This document shows, one piece after another, positions 7,979-17,310 of a stretch of DNA of 64,000 bases. The notes below the pieces were generated by a model that searched no databases, was not told where the DNA came from, and saw only the letters and a list, made by a program, of their open reading frames with translations. Position numbers and translations under genes: made by a program. The stretch is from Deltaproteobacteria bacterium (GTDB lineage: Bacteria; Myxococcota; Kuafuiibacteriia; Kuafuiibacteriales; Kuafuiibacteriaceae): NCBI GenBank assembly GCA_040218735.1, contig JAVJQW010000033.1:1-64000 (forward strand). Reading direction: 5' to 3'. Numbering within the stretch: position 1 is the stretch's first letter; every line of letters starts with the position of its first letter.

Positions 7979-9105
7979 GGAGCGCGCGCCCGACCATGAC
8001 GGACACCGCCACTCGGCCGCCGCCGCCCGTCCATCTGTTGGTGATGCTCGAGCTGGAGAACCAGCCGAAGAAGGAGTTCACGTACGACTTCCGTCAGAAC
8101 GTGATCACCATGGGGCGCGATCCGGGGAACGACATCCAGATCCCGCTCACCACGGTCTCGAGGAACCACGCGCGCATCTTCTACGAGATGGGCGACTACT
8201 TCCTCGAGGACCTCGGATCGACGCACGGCTCGCACCACAACGGGCGCAAGATCCCGAACGGCGAGAAGCGCCTCCTGCGCGACGGCGACACGATCCAGGT
8301 GATGTCGTTCCGCATCACCTTCAAGACGACGGCGGGCACCGCGCTCGACCGTCGCCCCGGTGAGAAGACCGAGCAGCTCGCGCGCCGCATGGTGCAGGAG
8401 GTGTTGTCGTCGCTCGGCGGGTCGACCACCGAGCCGCCGTCGCTGCGCGTGATGAACGGCCCGGACGAAGGCAACCGCTACGAGCTCGCGGAGGACGCGG
8501 TCGAGATCACGATCGGCCGCAGTCCGGACTGCGACCTCACACTCAACGACCAGAACGCGAGCCGTCGCCACTGCCTCATCAAGCGCAACTTCCACGGCTT
8601 CACCGCGCAGGACCTCGGCAGCAAGAACGGCGTGCTCGTGAACGGCGATCGCATCGAGGGCGCGCAGCTGATCAAGGACGGCGACGAGCTGCAGATCGGC
8701 GGCGTGAAGCTGACGTTCATCGATCCCCCGTCGCGGCTCATCGATCAGATGGGCGGCCTCGACAACAAGACGATGGATCCGGAGGGCGTCGGCGAGACCG
8801 ACGGCAGCGAGCACGACCTCGACGAACAGGGCGGCGAGGAAGAGGCCTTCGACGATCCCGCCGCCGACCTCCCCGAGTCCGACGAAGCCGACGACCCGGA
8901 TCCGATGCTCGAGTTCTCCGGCGGCGAGCCTTCGCTCGATCTCGGCGAGAGCTTCGAAGCCGACGCGCCGCTCGATCTCGGTGAGCTCCCCGACGACCTC
9001 AAGGACGTCGGCAAGAACAGCGGCGTTTGGGAGGTGCTGATCCTCGTCGCGGGCGCGATCTTCCTCCTCGGCGCGATCGGCCTGATCCTGTTCTTCATGA
9101 TGTGA
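7975..9105 (+). CDS. Double FHA-domain protein with acidic linker and C-terminal TM helix
   Basis: GR...VSRNHA...DLGSTHG and GR...ASRRHC...DLGSKNG FHA motifs. ATGA overlap with the TPR gene; alternative start at 7996. Confidence 0.9.
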   Translation: MRSARPTMTDTATRPPPPVHLLVMLELENQPKKEFTYDFRQNVITMGRDPGNDIQIPLTTVSRNHARIFYEMGDYFLEDLGSTHGSHHNGRKIPNGEKRLLRDGDTIQVMSFRITFKTTAGTALDRRPGEKTEQLARRMVQEVLSSLGGSTTEPPSLRVMNGPDEGNRYELAEDAVEITIGRSPDCDLTLNDQNASRRHCLIKRNFHGFTAQDLGSKNGVLVNGDRIEGAQLIKDGDELQIGGVKLTFIDPPSRLIDQMGGLDNKTMDPEGVGETDGSEHDLDEQGGEEEAFDDPAADLPESDEADDPDPMLEFSGGEPSLDLGESFEADAPLDLGELPDDLKDVGKNSGVWEVLILVAGAIFLLGAIGLILFFMM

Positions 9106-9118
9106 GTCGTCGCGCTCT

Positions 9119-11707
9119 CTAAAAGCGGACGAGCTCCACCTGGCTCATCCCCACCCACGCCTGCCGCAACGCGTACAAACCCACGCGCCCCGCCGGGAAC
9201 GTGCCCGCGGTCGGCGCGACCGCGACGTCGTAGACCACGCTGTCGTCGTCGTCGTCTCGCACCGTGATCTCCATGCGGTCGGGCGCGTAGACGAGCTGGA
9301 CCTCGTAGTTGCCATCGAACCCGAGGCCCGCGCCATTCGAGCGGTCCAGCACCTGATACGCGGGCGACTCGACCTGCGCCCACAGCTGGTCGCGTACGGC
9401 AGTCGCGTCGAACGCGCCGTCGACGCGCGCGAACGTGAAGCCCTCCCGCGCCGTGGCGCCGTCCCAGTCGTCGTCGCCGGGGCCCTTCCAGCTCAGCAGG
9501 TACGCGTCGATCGGCTCGCCCTCGGCCGTCGGTGACGCGAGCCCGAGAAGGAACCCCGCGTACCCCGACGACGCGGAGGTGACGTTGAAGCGCGCCGTCA
9601 GCGCGAACGCGTCGTACGCGGCCGCGCTCACCAAGAGCTCCGGCGCGGTCGCGGTGTCCACGAGGCGGACGCGCGACTCGGACTGGAACCACTCGCCGTC
9701 GCCGATCGGGATCCACGCTTCGAGACCCGCGGGGCGCGACACCGGGACGCGGGGGCCACCAACGAGGTTCGCGTACACATTCGCGTCGGCGCCCGTGCAC
9801 ACGACGTCGAGGATGCAGTCCTCCATCAGCACGCGGTCCGTCACGCCGGCCGCTGCGCAAGCCGCGGTGGCGCCCGCGACGTCCTCGGGGTCGAGCGTCG
9901 TGACGTCGTGGTAGGTCGGCGGGAACGAGCGGTCCGTGAAAGTCGACGTGTCGTCGCCGTCGGCGTACGTGAACAGCGACTCGGAGCCCGAGATGCGCCA
10001 GGAATCTGCGAGGCGATCGTGGATGTCCTCGAAGGACACCGGGTACGGAATCGTCGTGCCGTCGCGCAGGACGATCTCGTCGGTCTCGTCCTCGTTCGCG
10101 GTGCCGATCAACCCACGCACGCGCGCGGTCAGCGCGGGGTCGAGCTCGAAGAACACGTCGATGCCGCGCATCGTCACCTGGCTGCCGTCGGCCCACGCGA
10201 TCGTCACCTCGTCGTCCGCGGTTCGATCCACACGCCCGTCGCCCACCTTGCGGTTGTCGCCGGCCGCGAGCATCACCTCTTCGTCGTCGATCACCACGCG
10301 CAAGTCACCTTGCACGACGTACAGGCTCACGCGGTGGTCACCGACCTGCGTGGCCATCGCCGTGTTCGTCGAGACGCCGCCGCACGCGCGCTCGCGGTAC
10401 GGCTCCATCCTGACTTGCACCACGAAGGGCGCGCCCTCGAAGGCTTCGACCGCGACGAACTCGCCGGCGCCCTGCAGGTCGTAGCGGAGGCCGTCGAAGG
10501 TTTCGATGTGCGGGTCCTGCCGGATCGACGGCGTGTCGCACTCACTCTCGGTCACGGTGACTTCGCAGACGCAGCCCTGTCGGATGTACGAGAGGGTCCT
10601 CTCTTCGACGTCCTCACAGCGCGCGGTGATGTTCTTACGTTCGGTGCACTGGTTGAGCGAAAGGTGGCAGGCCTGCTGACACGCCGTAGGCTCGCAGCCG
10701 AGCCCGCACCCGACGATCCGCTTGTCGACGTTGGTGCAGAGACACTCGAAGGCCTTCGCGGTCGCGTAGGGCGTGGCGGCGAGCGCGGTGCCCACCAGGG
10801 TCAACGACGCCGGAACCGCGGGCGCCGCCAGGACGGCGCCGGTCACCGCGCCCACGATGCCGCCCGCCACGGCGAACCCTTCGAGACAAGCATAACCGTT
10901 GAGCCCGCGCGCGGTGCGACCGACGAGGGATGCGCTCTGCACCCCGTCTTCGTCGATGCAGCGCTCGATGTGGTCCGCCATCACGTCGACCCACGCTCGA
11001 TCCATCAGCGCCCCGATGAGGCGTCGAAGTGTGCCGGAGTCGTTCCAGGCGTCGAAGCCGACCTCGGTGAGCCAAGCTTCGGCCGCGTCATCGCCGCTGG
11101 CCTCGTACGCATACATGGCGGTCGTCTCTCGCGCCGCGCTCGTGAGCACGGGGAGATCGGCGTACAGCTCGAATCCCGTGCTCGGGGCCGTCGCGACGTC
11201 GGCCTGGCGCACCATCACGGTGCGAGGACGGGCGAGCGGATCGTCGCCGTCGAGGGTCACGCGGACGAAGAGCTCGCGGCCTTCGTGCTCGATCTGCAAG
11301 AGGCGTTGCGGCGAAGGGAAGTCGGCGACGTAGTGGGTGACCGCGACGTCGGCGCGTCCTTCGGCGTCCTCGAAGCCCAGGAACACACGTCCGATCTTCT
11401 CTTCGGGCGCCTGGCCCTCGAACGTATGGGTGAACGCACGATCCGTTCGCATCCGCAGGCGTCCGAGGTTCCCGCCCGCGTCGTCTTCGAGGTCGAGCGT
11501 GAGGTCGTCGGGCCCGAGCTCGACGGTGTAGCGGTAGCGCGCGATGCCGGCGTAGGTCGTCACCTCCGGCGAGGCGTCGGCGAAGCCGGTCAACGGGAGC
11601 TCGCAGGTCTCGGGCGGCGGTGTCGTCGAGCCGTCGTCCGACCCTGCCGTGGGGTCACAGGCTGCGACGAGGAGGAAGAGAGGCGCGAGTCGCGCGAAGC
11701 GGTTCAT
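9119..11707 (-). CDS. Large lipoprotein with von Willebrand D domain and thrombospondin-C-like C-terminus
   Basis: Lipobox LVAAC; QDPHIETFDGLRYDLQGAGEF (VWD); GYAGFLLG...YLLSWK and GRVGLYALRQ resemble TSP_C; RBS GAGGGG. Confidence 0.8.
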   Translation of the reverse strand: MNRFARLAPLFLLVAACDPTAGSDDGSTTPPPETCELPLTGFADASPEVTTYAGIARYRYTVELGPDDLTLDLEDDAGGNLGRLRMRTDRAFTHTFEGQAPEEKIGRVFLGFEDAEGRADVAVTHYVADFPSPQRLLQIEHEGRELFVRVTLDGDDPLARPRTVMVRQADVATAPSTGFELYADLPVLTSAARETTAMYAYEASGDDAAEAWLTEVGFDAWNDSGTLRRLIGALMDRAWVDVMADHIERCIDEDGVQSASLVGRTARGLNGYACLEGFAVAGGIVGAVTGAVLAAPAVPASLTLVGTALAATPYATAKAFECLCTNVDKRIVGCGLGCEPTACQQACHLSLNQCTERKNITARCEDVEERTLSYIRQGCVCEVTVTESECDTPSIRQDPHIETFDGLRYDLQGAGEFVAVEAFEGAPFVVQVRMEPYRERACGGVSTNTAMATQVGDHRVSLYVVQGDLRVVIDDEEVMLAAGDNRKVGDGRVDRTADDEVTIAWADGSQVTMRGIDVFFELDPALTARVRGLIGTANEDETDEIVLRDGTTIPYPVSFEDIHDRLADSWRISGSESLFTYADGDDTSTFTDRSFPPTYHDVTTLDPEDVAGATAACAAAGVTDRVLMEDCILDVVCTGADANVYANLVGGPRVPVSRPAGLEAWIPIGDGEWFQSESRVRLVDTATAPELLVSAAAYDAFALTARFNVTSASSGYAGFLLGLASPTAEGEPIDAYLLSWKGPGDDDWDGATAREGFTFARVDGAFDATAVRDQLWAQVESPAYQVLDRSNGAGLGFDGNYEVQLVYAPDRMEITVRDDDDDSVVYDVAVAPTAGTFPAGRVGLYALRQAWVGMSQVELVRF

Positions 11708-11750
11708 ACCCCTCTTCACCGGAACGGTCCGGATCGGGGGCCAAGAAAAA

Positions 11751-14333
11751 TCACCGGGCCGCGATCTTCTCCAGCCAGGCCTTCAGTCGGGTCTTCTCCG
11801 CGTCGTCCTCGGAGCGCTCCAACGCGGCGTCGAGGTACGGGCCGACGTCCGCGAGCGGGCCGGTGCGACGCGTCGCGCGGAGGTCGGCCCACGCGAGCGC
11901 GGCGGCCGCGAACGGCGGTCGTTTCTCCTCCGCGAGCTCCGGGAGCGCGGCGGCGAGCTGGGTGTCGGCCGCCTCGAAGTCCTGCTGGTCGCGGAGCACG
12001 TTCGCGTAGCGGTAGGCGGCGACGCCGCGGAAGAAGTGCAGCTTCGGGTGCCCTTCCAACAGCGCGACGAGCTCGGCGGACAGCGCGGCGGCTTCGTCGA
12101 GGCGCCCCTGCCGGTGGCGGAGCTGCGCGAGGTGCGTCAGCGAGTACGCGCGGCGCGGGCTCTTCGGCGGGTACACCTCGCGGGACAGCGCGAGCGCGCG
12201 GACGAGGTAGGGCTCGGCGTCGTCGAGCGCGTCGGCGTCGCGGAGCACCGCGCCGAGGTTCGACAACGCGCGCTCCACGCGGGGTGTCTTGGCGCCGTAG
12301 TGCGCTTCGATCACCTCGAGCGCACGTTCGAGGTACGCGACCGCGCGCTTCGGATCCGTCGCTTCGAGGCCGAGCGCGAAGTCGTTGAGCGCGTCGGCGA
12401 CCGCGGGGTGGTAGCGGCCGTAGACGTCGACGAGCGCATCGAGCGCCCGTGTCCGCCAGTGCTCTGCGCGGTCCTTGTCGAGCTTCACGAGGATGATCCA
12501 GCAGTCGATTCGCTGGCGCGGCGGCGCCTCGGATCGCTCCAGCGCCGCGACAGCGCGATCACGCCACGCGTCGCGCGGCTCGTCGCGCCGCAACCACGAG
12601 TACATCTCCGCGATGCGGAGCGCCGCGAGGATCGTCTCCGGTGCGGTCTCGCCGAGGTGTTCGCGGCGCGCTTCGTACGCGCGCGCGTAGAGCTTCCGCG
12701 CGTCTTCGTGACGGAAGCGTTCGCTCGTGAGCGTCGCGATCCACACGTCGACATCGGCGCCGAGGATCGGATTCGGCGATTCATCGACCACGCGCCGCGC
12801 TCGCTGCGCGAGGCCTTCCGCCTCTTCGACCTTGCCCTGGCGTCGCCGCACCCGACTCAGCGCGAGGAGCGCCTTCGTCTGGGTCTTCACGCCTTCGCGA
12901 TCCGTGGGCGGTGCCTCCTCGAACGAATCGATCGCGCCCTGGAGGAGAGCGTCCGCCGCGTCGTGGCGGCCGAGCGCGAGCTCCGCGTCCCCGAGCGCCG
13001 TCGCGACGGCCCGATGGACCTCGGGCCAGTCACCCAGGTCGGCCGTGAGGCGCCGCGTACCGTCGTCGACGAGGTCTACCACGGTCACTTCGCCGTGCTC
13101 CGGGTTCGCGGAGGCGAGCAGTGACACCATGAAGTCGGCGATGCGATCCGCGCGCTCCGCCGAGCGCCGACGTGCGGCCTCGCGTCGACGAAGCTCCTCC
13201 GCTTGGCGCTGCAGCGTCATCGTGTACCCGGCGACCGCGATCGCGATCGTCGCGACCAACGCGAGGGGCCAGCGCTGACGGCGCAGTGCCTTGAGCGCAC
13301 GTGCGCTCCACGACGCACCGGGCGCGCGGATCGGACGATCTTCGAGGTGTCGTTGGACGTCGTCCGCGAGCGCTTCCGCGGACGGGTAGCGATCGTTGGG
13401 TTCGACGGCGAGCGCGAGCGCGACGATGGCGTCGAGCTCACCCTGCGCTTCGCGTGCGCCTCGCGCCGAGGGGACCGGCGGCGTCGCGCGGGGCTCGGCG
13501 CGTTCGAATGGACGCGTCCCGGTCAGGAGCTTGAAGAGGACGAGCCCGAGCCCGTAGACGTCCGTGGCCGTCGTTGCCGCGCGCCCCTCCAACTGCTCGG
13601 GCGCGGCCCACGCCGGGGTGAACGCGTCGAAGGTGTGCGTGCCGTCCTCGTCGTCCAGCGCGCGCGCGACGCCGAAGTCGAGGAGCACGGGCGCGGCGTC
13701 CTCGGTGACGAGGATGTTGCTCGGCTTGAGGTCGCGGTGCACGACGAGGCGTTGGTGCGCGTAGTGGACGGCGTTCGCGATCCGCACGAACAGCTCCAGG
13801 CGCCGGCGCAGCGGAGGTCGGGCGCGCTCCAGCCAGACGTCGAGCGGCTCACCTTCGACGAAGGTCATGACGAAGTAGGGGCGACCGTTGTCGAGCACCC
13901 CTCCGTCGACGATGCGCGTGATGGCGGGGTGGTCGAGCGCCGCGAGGAACCTGCGCTCGGCGAGGAAACGGCGTCGCGCGCCGCGGGCGCCGGTGCGCAG
14001 CACCTTGAGCGCGACGCGTTGGTCGTACTGACCGTCGTCGCGCTGGGCCTCGAACACCTCGCCCATGCCGCCGGAGCCGACGGCGCGGACGATGCGCCAG
14101 GCTCCGACGAGCGCACCCTCCACGAGTGAGGGGGCTTCGTCGTCGATCGCGGGGCGGTCCGCGACGCCGTCCTCTTCGGCGGCGTCGATCAGCCGCGACA
14201 AGAGCGCGGCGTCGTCGGGGGACTCGGCGCGGAGCTCGTCGAGCAGCCGAGCGCGTTCGTCGGCGTCGAGGTCGAGCGCGCGGGAGAGGAGGGCATCGAC
14301 GCGGTGCCAGGTGCTGTCGCTCGGTGACGTCAC
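11751..14333 (-). CDS. Ser/Thr protein kinase with TM segment and C-terminal TPRs
   Basis: GSGGMGEV, VALK, HRDLKPSN, DFG, APE. GTG start overlaps the sigma stop. Confidence 0.93.
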   Translation of the reverse strand: MTSPSDSTWHRVDALLSRALDLDADERARLLDELRAESPDDAALLSRLIDAAEEDGVADRPAIDDEAPSLVEGALVGAWRIVRAVGSGGMGEVFEAQRDDGQYDQRVALKVLRTGARGARRRFLAERRFLAALDHPAITRIVDGGVLDNGRPYFVMTFVEGEPLDVWLERARPPLRRRLELFVRIANAVHYAHQRLVVHRDLKPSNILVTEDAAPVLLDFGVARALDDEDGTHTFDAFTPAWAAPEQLEGRAATTATDVYGLGLVLFKLLTGTRPFERAEPRATPPVPSARGAREAQGELDAIVALALAVEPNDRYPSAEALADDVQRHLEDRPIRAPGASWSARALKALRRQRWPLALVATIAIAVAGYTMTLQRQAEELRRREAARRRSAERADRIADFMVSLLASANPEHGEVTVVDLVDDGTRRLTADLGDWPEVHRAVATALGDAELALGRHDAADALLQGAIDSFEEAPPTDREGVKTQTKALLALSRVRRRQGKVEEAEGLAQRARRVVDESPNPILGADVDVWIATLTSERFRHEDARKLYARAYEARREHLGETAPETILAALRIAEMYSWLRRDEPRDAWRDRAVAALERSEAPPRQRIDCWIILVKLDKDRAEHWRTRALDALVDVYGRYHPAVADALNDFALGLEATDPKRAVAYLERALEVIEAHYGAKTPRVERALSNLGAVLRDADALDDAEPYLVRALALSREVYPPKSPRRAYSLTHLAQLRHRQGRLDEAAALSAELVALLEGHPKLHFFRGVAAYRYANVLRDQQDFEAADTQLAAALPELAEEKRPPFAAAALAWADLRATRRTGPLADVGPYLDAALERSEDDAEKTRLKAWLEKIAAR

Positions 14334-14890
14334 GTCGCGAGCTCTGCGGGGTCGTCCAGCGTGACGGCGAGCCACGCGCGTGCGCGTTGCCATCGCCGTT
14401 TGATCGTCCGCGGCGACTGCGCCGTGAGCTCCGCGATCTCCTCGACGGTGAAGCCTGCGAAGAAGCGGTACTCGACGAGCGTCGCGAGGTCGGCGTCGCG
14501 GTCACGCAGGCGGTCGATCGCCGATGCGACGGAGAGGATCGTGTGGGCGTCGTGGTCGGTGGTGACGAGCGCGTCGTCGAGCGGGACGTGGGCGGCGCCA
14601 CCCCCGCGCCGTAGCGCGCGGTGGCGTTCCGCCTGGTTCACGAGGAGCTGTCGGATCGCGCGCGTGGCGACCGCGAAGAAGTGCCCGCGGTTCTCGTAGC
14701 CTCCGCCCGCGACCTTCATCCACGTCTCGTGCACGAGCGCGGTGGTGTCGAGCGGAGCTTCACCGCGCCAGCGTCGACGTTGTTGCCGCGCGAGGGACCG
14801 CAGGTGTTCGTAGACCGCGCGCGCCAGCGCGTCCTCCGCGGCGGAGTCGCCCGAGCGCACGCGTTCCAACAGCGTGGTGATCTCCTCCAA
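14330..14890 (-). CDS. ECF sigma factor, TIGR02999 / ECF43-like
   Basis: EITTLL, DTTALVHE, NRGHFFAVA, RFFAGFTVEEIAE, RTIKRRW...ARAWL. Confidence 0.92.
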   Translation of the reverse strand: MEEITTLLERVRSGDSAAEDALARAVYEHLRSLARQQRRRWRGEAPLDTTALVHETWMKVAGGGYENRGHFFAVATRAIRQLLVNQAERHRALRRGGGAAHVPLDDALVTTDHDAHTILSVASAIDRLRDRDADLATLVEYRFFAGFTVEEIAELTAQSPRTIKRRWQRARAWLAVTLDDPAELAT

Positions 14891-14905
14891 GACACGTGGA
14901 GCGTA

Positions 14906-15568
14906 CTACACACGTTCGGGCGGGGTGGGGCGTCCCTCGGCGTCGACGAGCGCCTCCGCGACGAGCGCGCGTCGCGTGGCGTCACGCGACGCGACGGTGC
15001 GTGCGATGCGGGTGATGCGCGGCCAGCGGTCCGTGTCGAATCGGGCGTAGCGTGCCCAGCTCCAGAACACGAACAGGTAGGGATCCGCGATCGAGAACGC
15101 GCCGGCGACGAACCCCTCGTCGGGCAGGGAAACTTCGATGTGATCCAGCGTCGCCGCGAAGTCACGCCGCCCGATCGCCTGCAACCCCTCCTGCGAGACG
15201 CCGGTCTCCTTCGCGACGCGGTCGGGGCGGATCACCATGCGGTAGGCCGGGTGCGCGAGCGAGGCGAGGCGGGACAGCACCTCGTCGACGCGCGCGGCGG
15301 GGAGCGGTTCGGACGGTTCGAGCGCCGCGTTGGGCGCGGTGCGCGCGAGGTAGCGGAGGATCGCGGTGGTCTCCGTGAGTCGCTGGCCGTCGATTTCCAG
15401 CGTCGGGACGAGCCCGACCGGGTTGATGGCGAGGTAGGCCGGAGCCAGGTGCTCCTCGTAGCCGGTGTGCACGCGCACGAGCTCGTGCGGGTGGCCGATC
15501 TCTTCGAGGACGACGTGGGCGGCGAGGGAGCAGGCCCCCGGGGAGTAGTAGAGCTTCATGCCCGTCAT
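14906..15568 (-). CDS. Glutathione S-transferase (beta-class-like)
   Basis: MKLYYSPGACSLA, INPVGLVPTL, LTETTAILRYL, FSIADPYL. Confidence 0.95.
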   Translation of the reverse strand: MTGMKLYYSPGACSLAAHVVLEEIGHPHELVRVHTGYEEHLAPAYLAINPVGLVPTLEIDGQRLTETTAILRYLARTAPNAALEPSEPLPAARVDEVLSRLASLAHPAYRMVIRPDRVAKETGVSQEGLQAIGRRDFAATLDHIEVSLPDEGFVAGAFSIADPYLFVFWSWARYARFDTDRWPRITRIARTVASRDATRRALVAEALVDAEGRPTPPERV

Positions 15569-15633
15569 GCTGCCGAGTCAGGCTTATGATGAATAACGAT
15601 GAATGCAGATAGTTCGTTCGATATGATGCATCT

Positions 15634-16530
15634 GTGGAGACACCGAGCCTCGAGACCCGTGACCTCCTCCTGATCCGCGCGCTCGCCGACCACGGCGGCG
15701 TCACCCGCGCTGCGAGCGCGCTCCACTTGTCGCAGTCGGCCGTGAGCCATCACCTCGCGCGGCTCGAGGCGAAGCTCGAGCTCACCCTCTTCGATCGCGT
15801 CGGTCGTGGTTTGGAGATGACGCGCCACGGCCATCGACTCCTCGAAGGTGCGGAGGCGATCCTGTCGGAGCTCTCCGCGCTCGAACGCAGACTGAAACCC
15901 GAGGCGCCGACGCGGCTCCGCGTCGCGACACAGTGCCACACGGCGTACGAGTGGTTGGCTCCGGTGTTGCGGAGGTTCGAGGAGCGGCACCCGAGCACCA
16001 CGGTTCGACTCGTCACCGATGCGGCACGAGCGCCGCTCGACGCGCTCGACGAGGGGCGGGTGGACGTCGCCATCGCGCACGCCAAGCCGCGTCGCGCGCA
16101 CCGGGCGCGGTTCCTCGTCGACGATCGTTTCTGCGTCGTGCTCCCGCGCGCGCACGCGCTCTCCGCGAAGAAGTCGCTGAAACCCCAGGACCTCGCCGAC
16201 GAGACTCTCGTCGTGCACGACCTCCCGGTCGAAGAGCTTCGCAAGATCGGCCGTGAGCTGTTCGGCGCTCAGCCCCCTCGACGCCTCACGCGGATCCCCG
16301 TCACCGAAGGGATCCTGGAGCTGGTCGCTAACGCCTATGGCGTGAGCATCATGCCGGGGTGGGCGGCCGGCCGCGCGCGGACCCGCGACGACCTGGTGGT
16401 CCGCCGCCTCGCGTCGACGCACGCGAAGCGGCGGTGGCGGGCCGTGTGGCGCAAGGACGCCGCCGCGAAGGCGACGATCCCCGCGTTCGTCGAGGCCCTC
16501 GTCGCGTGGTTCGAGCCCGACGCGCCGTGA
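15634..16530 (+). CDS. LysR family regulator
   Basis: HTH GVTRAASALHLSQSAVSH and substrate-binding domain; divergent from GST. Confidence 0.95.
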   Translation: METPSLETRDLLLIRALADHGGVTRAASALHLSQSAVSHHLARLEAKLELTLFDRVGRGLEMTRHGHRLLEGAEAILSELSALERRLKPEAPTRLRVATQCHTAYEWLAPVLRRFEERHPSTTVRLVTDAARAPLDALDEGRVDVAIAHAKPRRAHRARFLVDDRFCVVLPRAHALSAKKSLKPQDLADETLVVHDLPVEELRKIGRELFGAQPPRRLTRIPVTEGILELVANAYGVSIMPGWAAGRARTRDDLVVRRLASTHAKRRWRAVWRKDAAAKATIPAFVEALVAWFEPDAP

Positions 16531-16534
16531 GCCT

Positions 16535-17230
16535 TCACGCGAGGTCGAAGACCAGCACCTCGGCGTCCTCCGTCGCGGTCATCGACAACGTCGTCGCCTC
16601 CGTGAACGCGGCGGCGTCCCCGGCGCTCAACGTCTCGTCGCCGAGCCGCACCGCGCCGCGCGCGACGTGCACCCAGGCGTGACGGCCCTCCGCGATCGTG
16701 TGCTCGACGGTGTGGTCCGCGTCGAGGAGCGCGACCGCGAGCGACGCGTCCTGGTGGATCCGAACGCTGCCGTCGCGCCCGTCGGGCGACGCCACGACGC
16801 GGAGCGCGTTCTTCCGCTCCTCGACCGTGAAGTGTTTCTGCTCGTACCCGGGCTCCACTCCGCGCTGGTCCGGCTGGATCCAGATCTGGAGGAAGTGGAC
16901 CTGCTCGGCCGGCGAGTGGTTGTACTCGCTGTGCACGACACCGGTGCCCGCCGACATGCGCTGCACGTCACCGGGCCGGATCACCGATCCGTTGCCCATG
17001 CTGTCCTGGTGCTCGAGCGCGCCGTCGAGGACGTACGAGATGATCTCCATGTCGCGGTGGGGGTGCGGCGGGAAGCCGCCGCCACCGTCGACGCGGTCCT
17101 CGTTGATCACGCGGAGCGCCCTGAAGCCCATGTGCGCCGGGTCGTAGTAGTTCGCGAACGAAAACGTGTGCCGACTCTTCAGCCAACCGTGGTTCGCGAG
17201 GCCTCGTTCTTCGCTCTTTCGAATCTTCAT
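16535..17230 (-). CDS. Pirin family protein (YhhW-like)
   Basis: HGWLKSRHTFSF, HPHRDMEI, MSAGTGVVHSE, FLQIWI. Confidence 0.96.
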   Translation of the reverse strand: MKIRKSEERGLANHGWLKSRHTFSFANYYDPAHMGFRALRVINEDRVDGGGGFPPHPHRDMEIISYVLDGALEHQDSMGNGSVIRPGDVQRMSAGTGVVHSEYNHSPAEQVHFLQIWIQPDQRGVEPGYEQKHFTVEERKNALRVVASPDGRDGSVRIHQDASLAVALLDADHTVEHTIAEGRHAWVHVARGAVRLGDETLSAGDAAAFTEATTLSMTATEDAEVLVFDLA

Positions 17231-17273
17231 GGGCGCAGTATGGTGTCCGTGCATTCGGTCGACAATCAGCCCT

Positions 17274-17305
17274 GGAGAAACGAATTGTTTCTCCTGGTGT
17301 ACAAT
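17274..17305. promoter_or_regulatory. LysR operator-like inverted repeat and -10 box
   Basis: GGAGAAAC-N5-GTTTCTCC (17274-17294) between divergent pirin and LysR genes. TACAAT lies 5 nt before the LysR ATG. Confidence 0.6.
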
Positions 17306-17310
17306 GCCTC

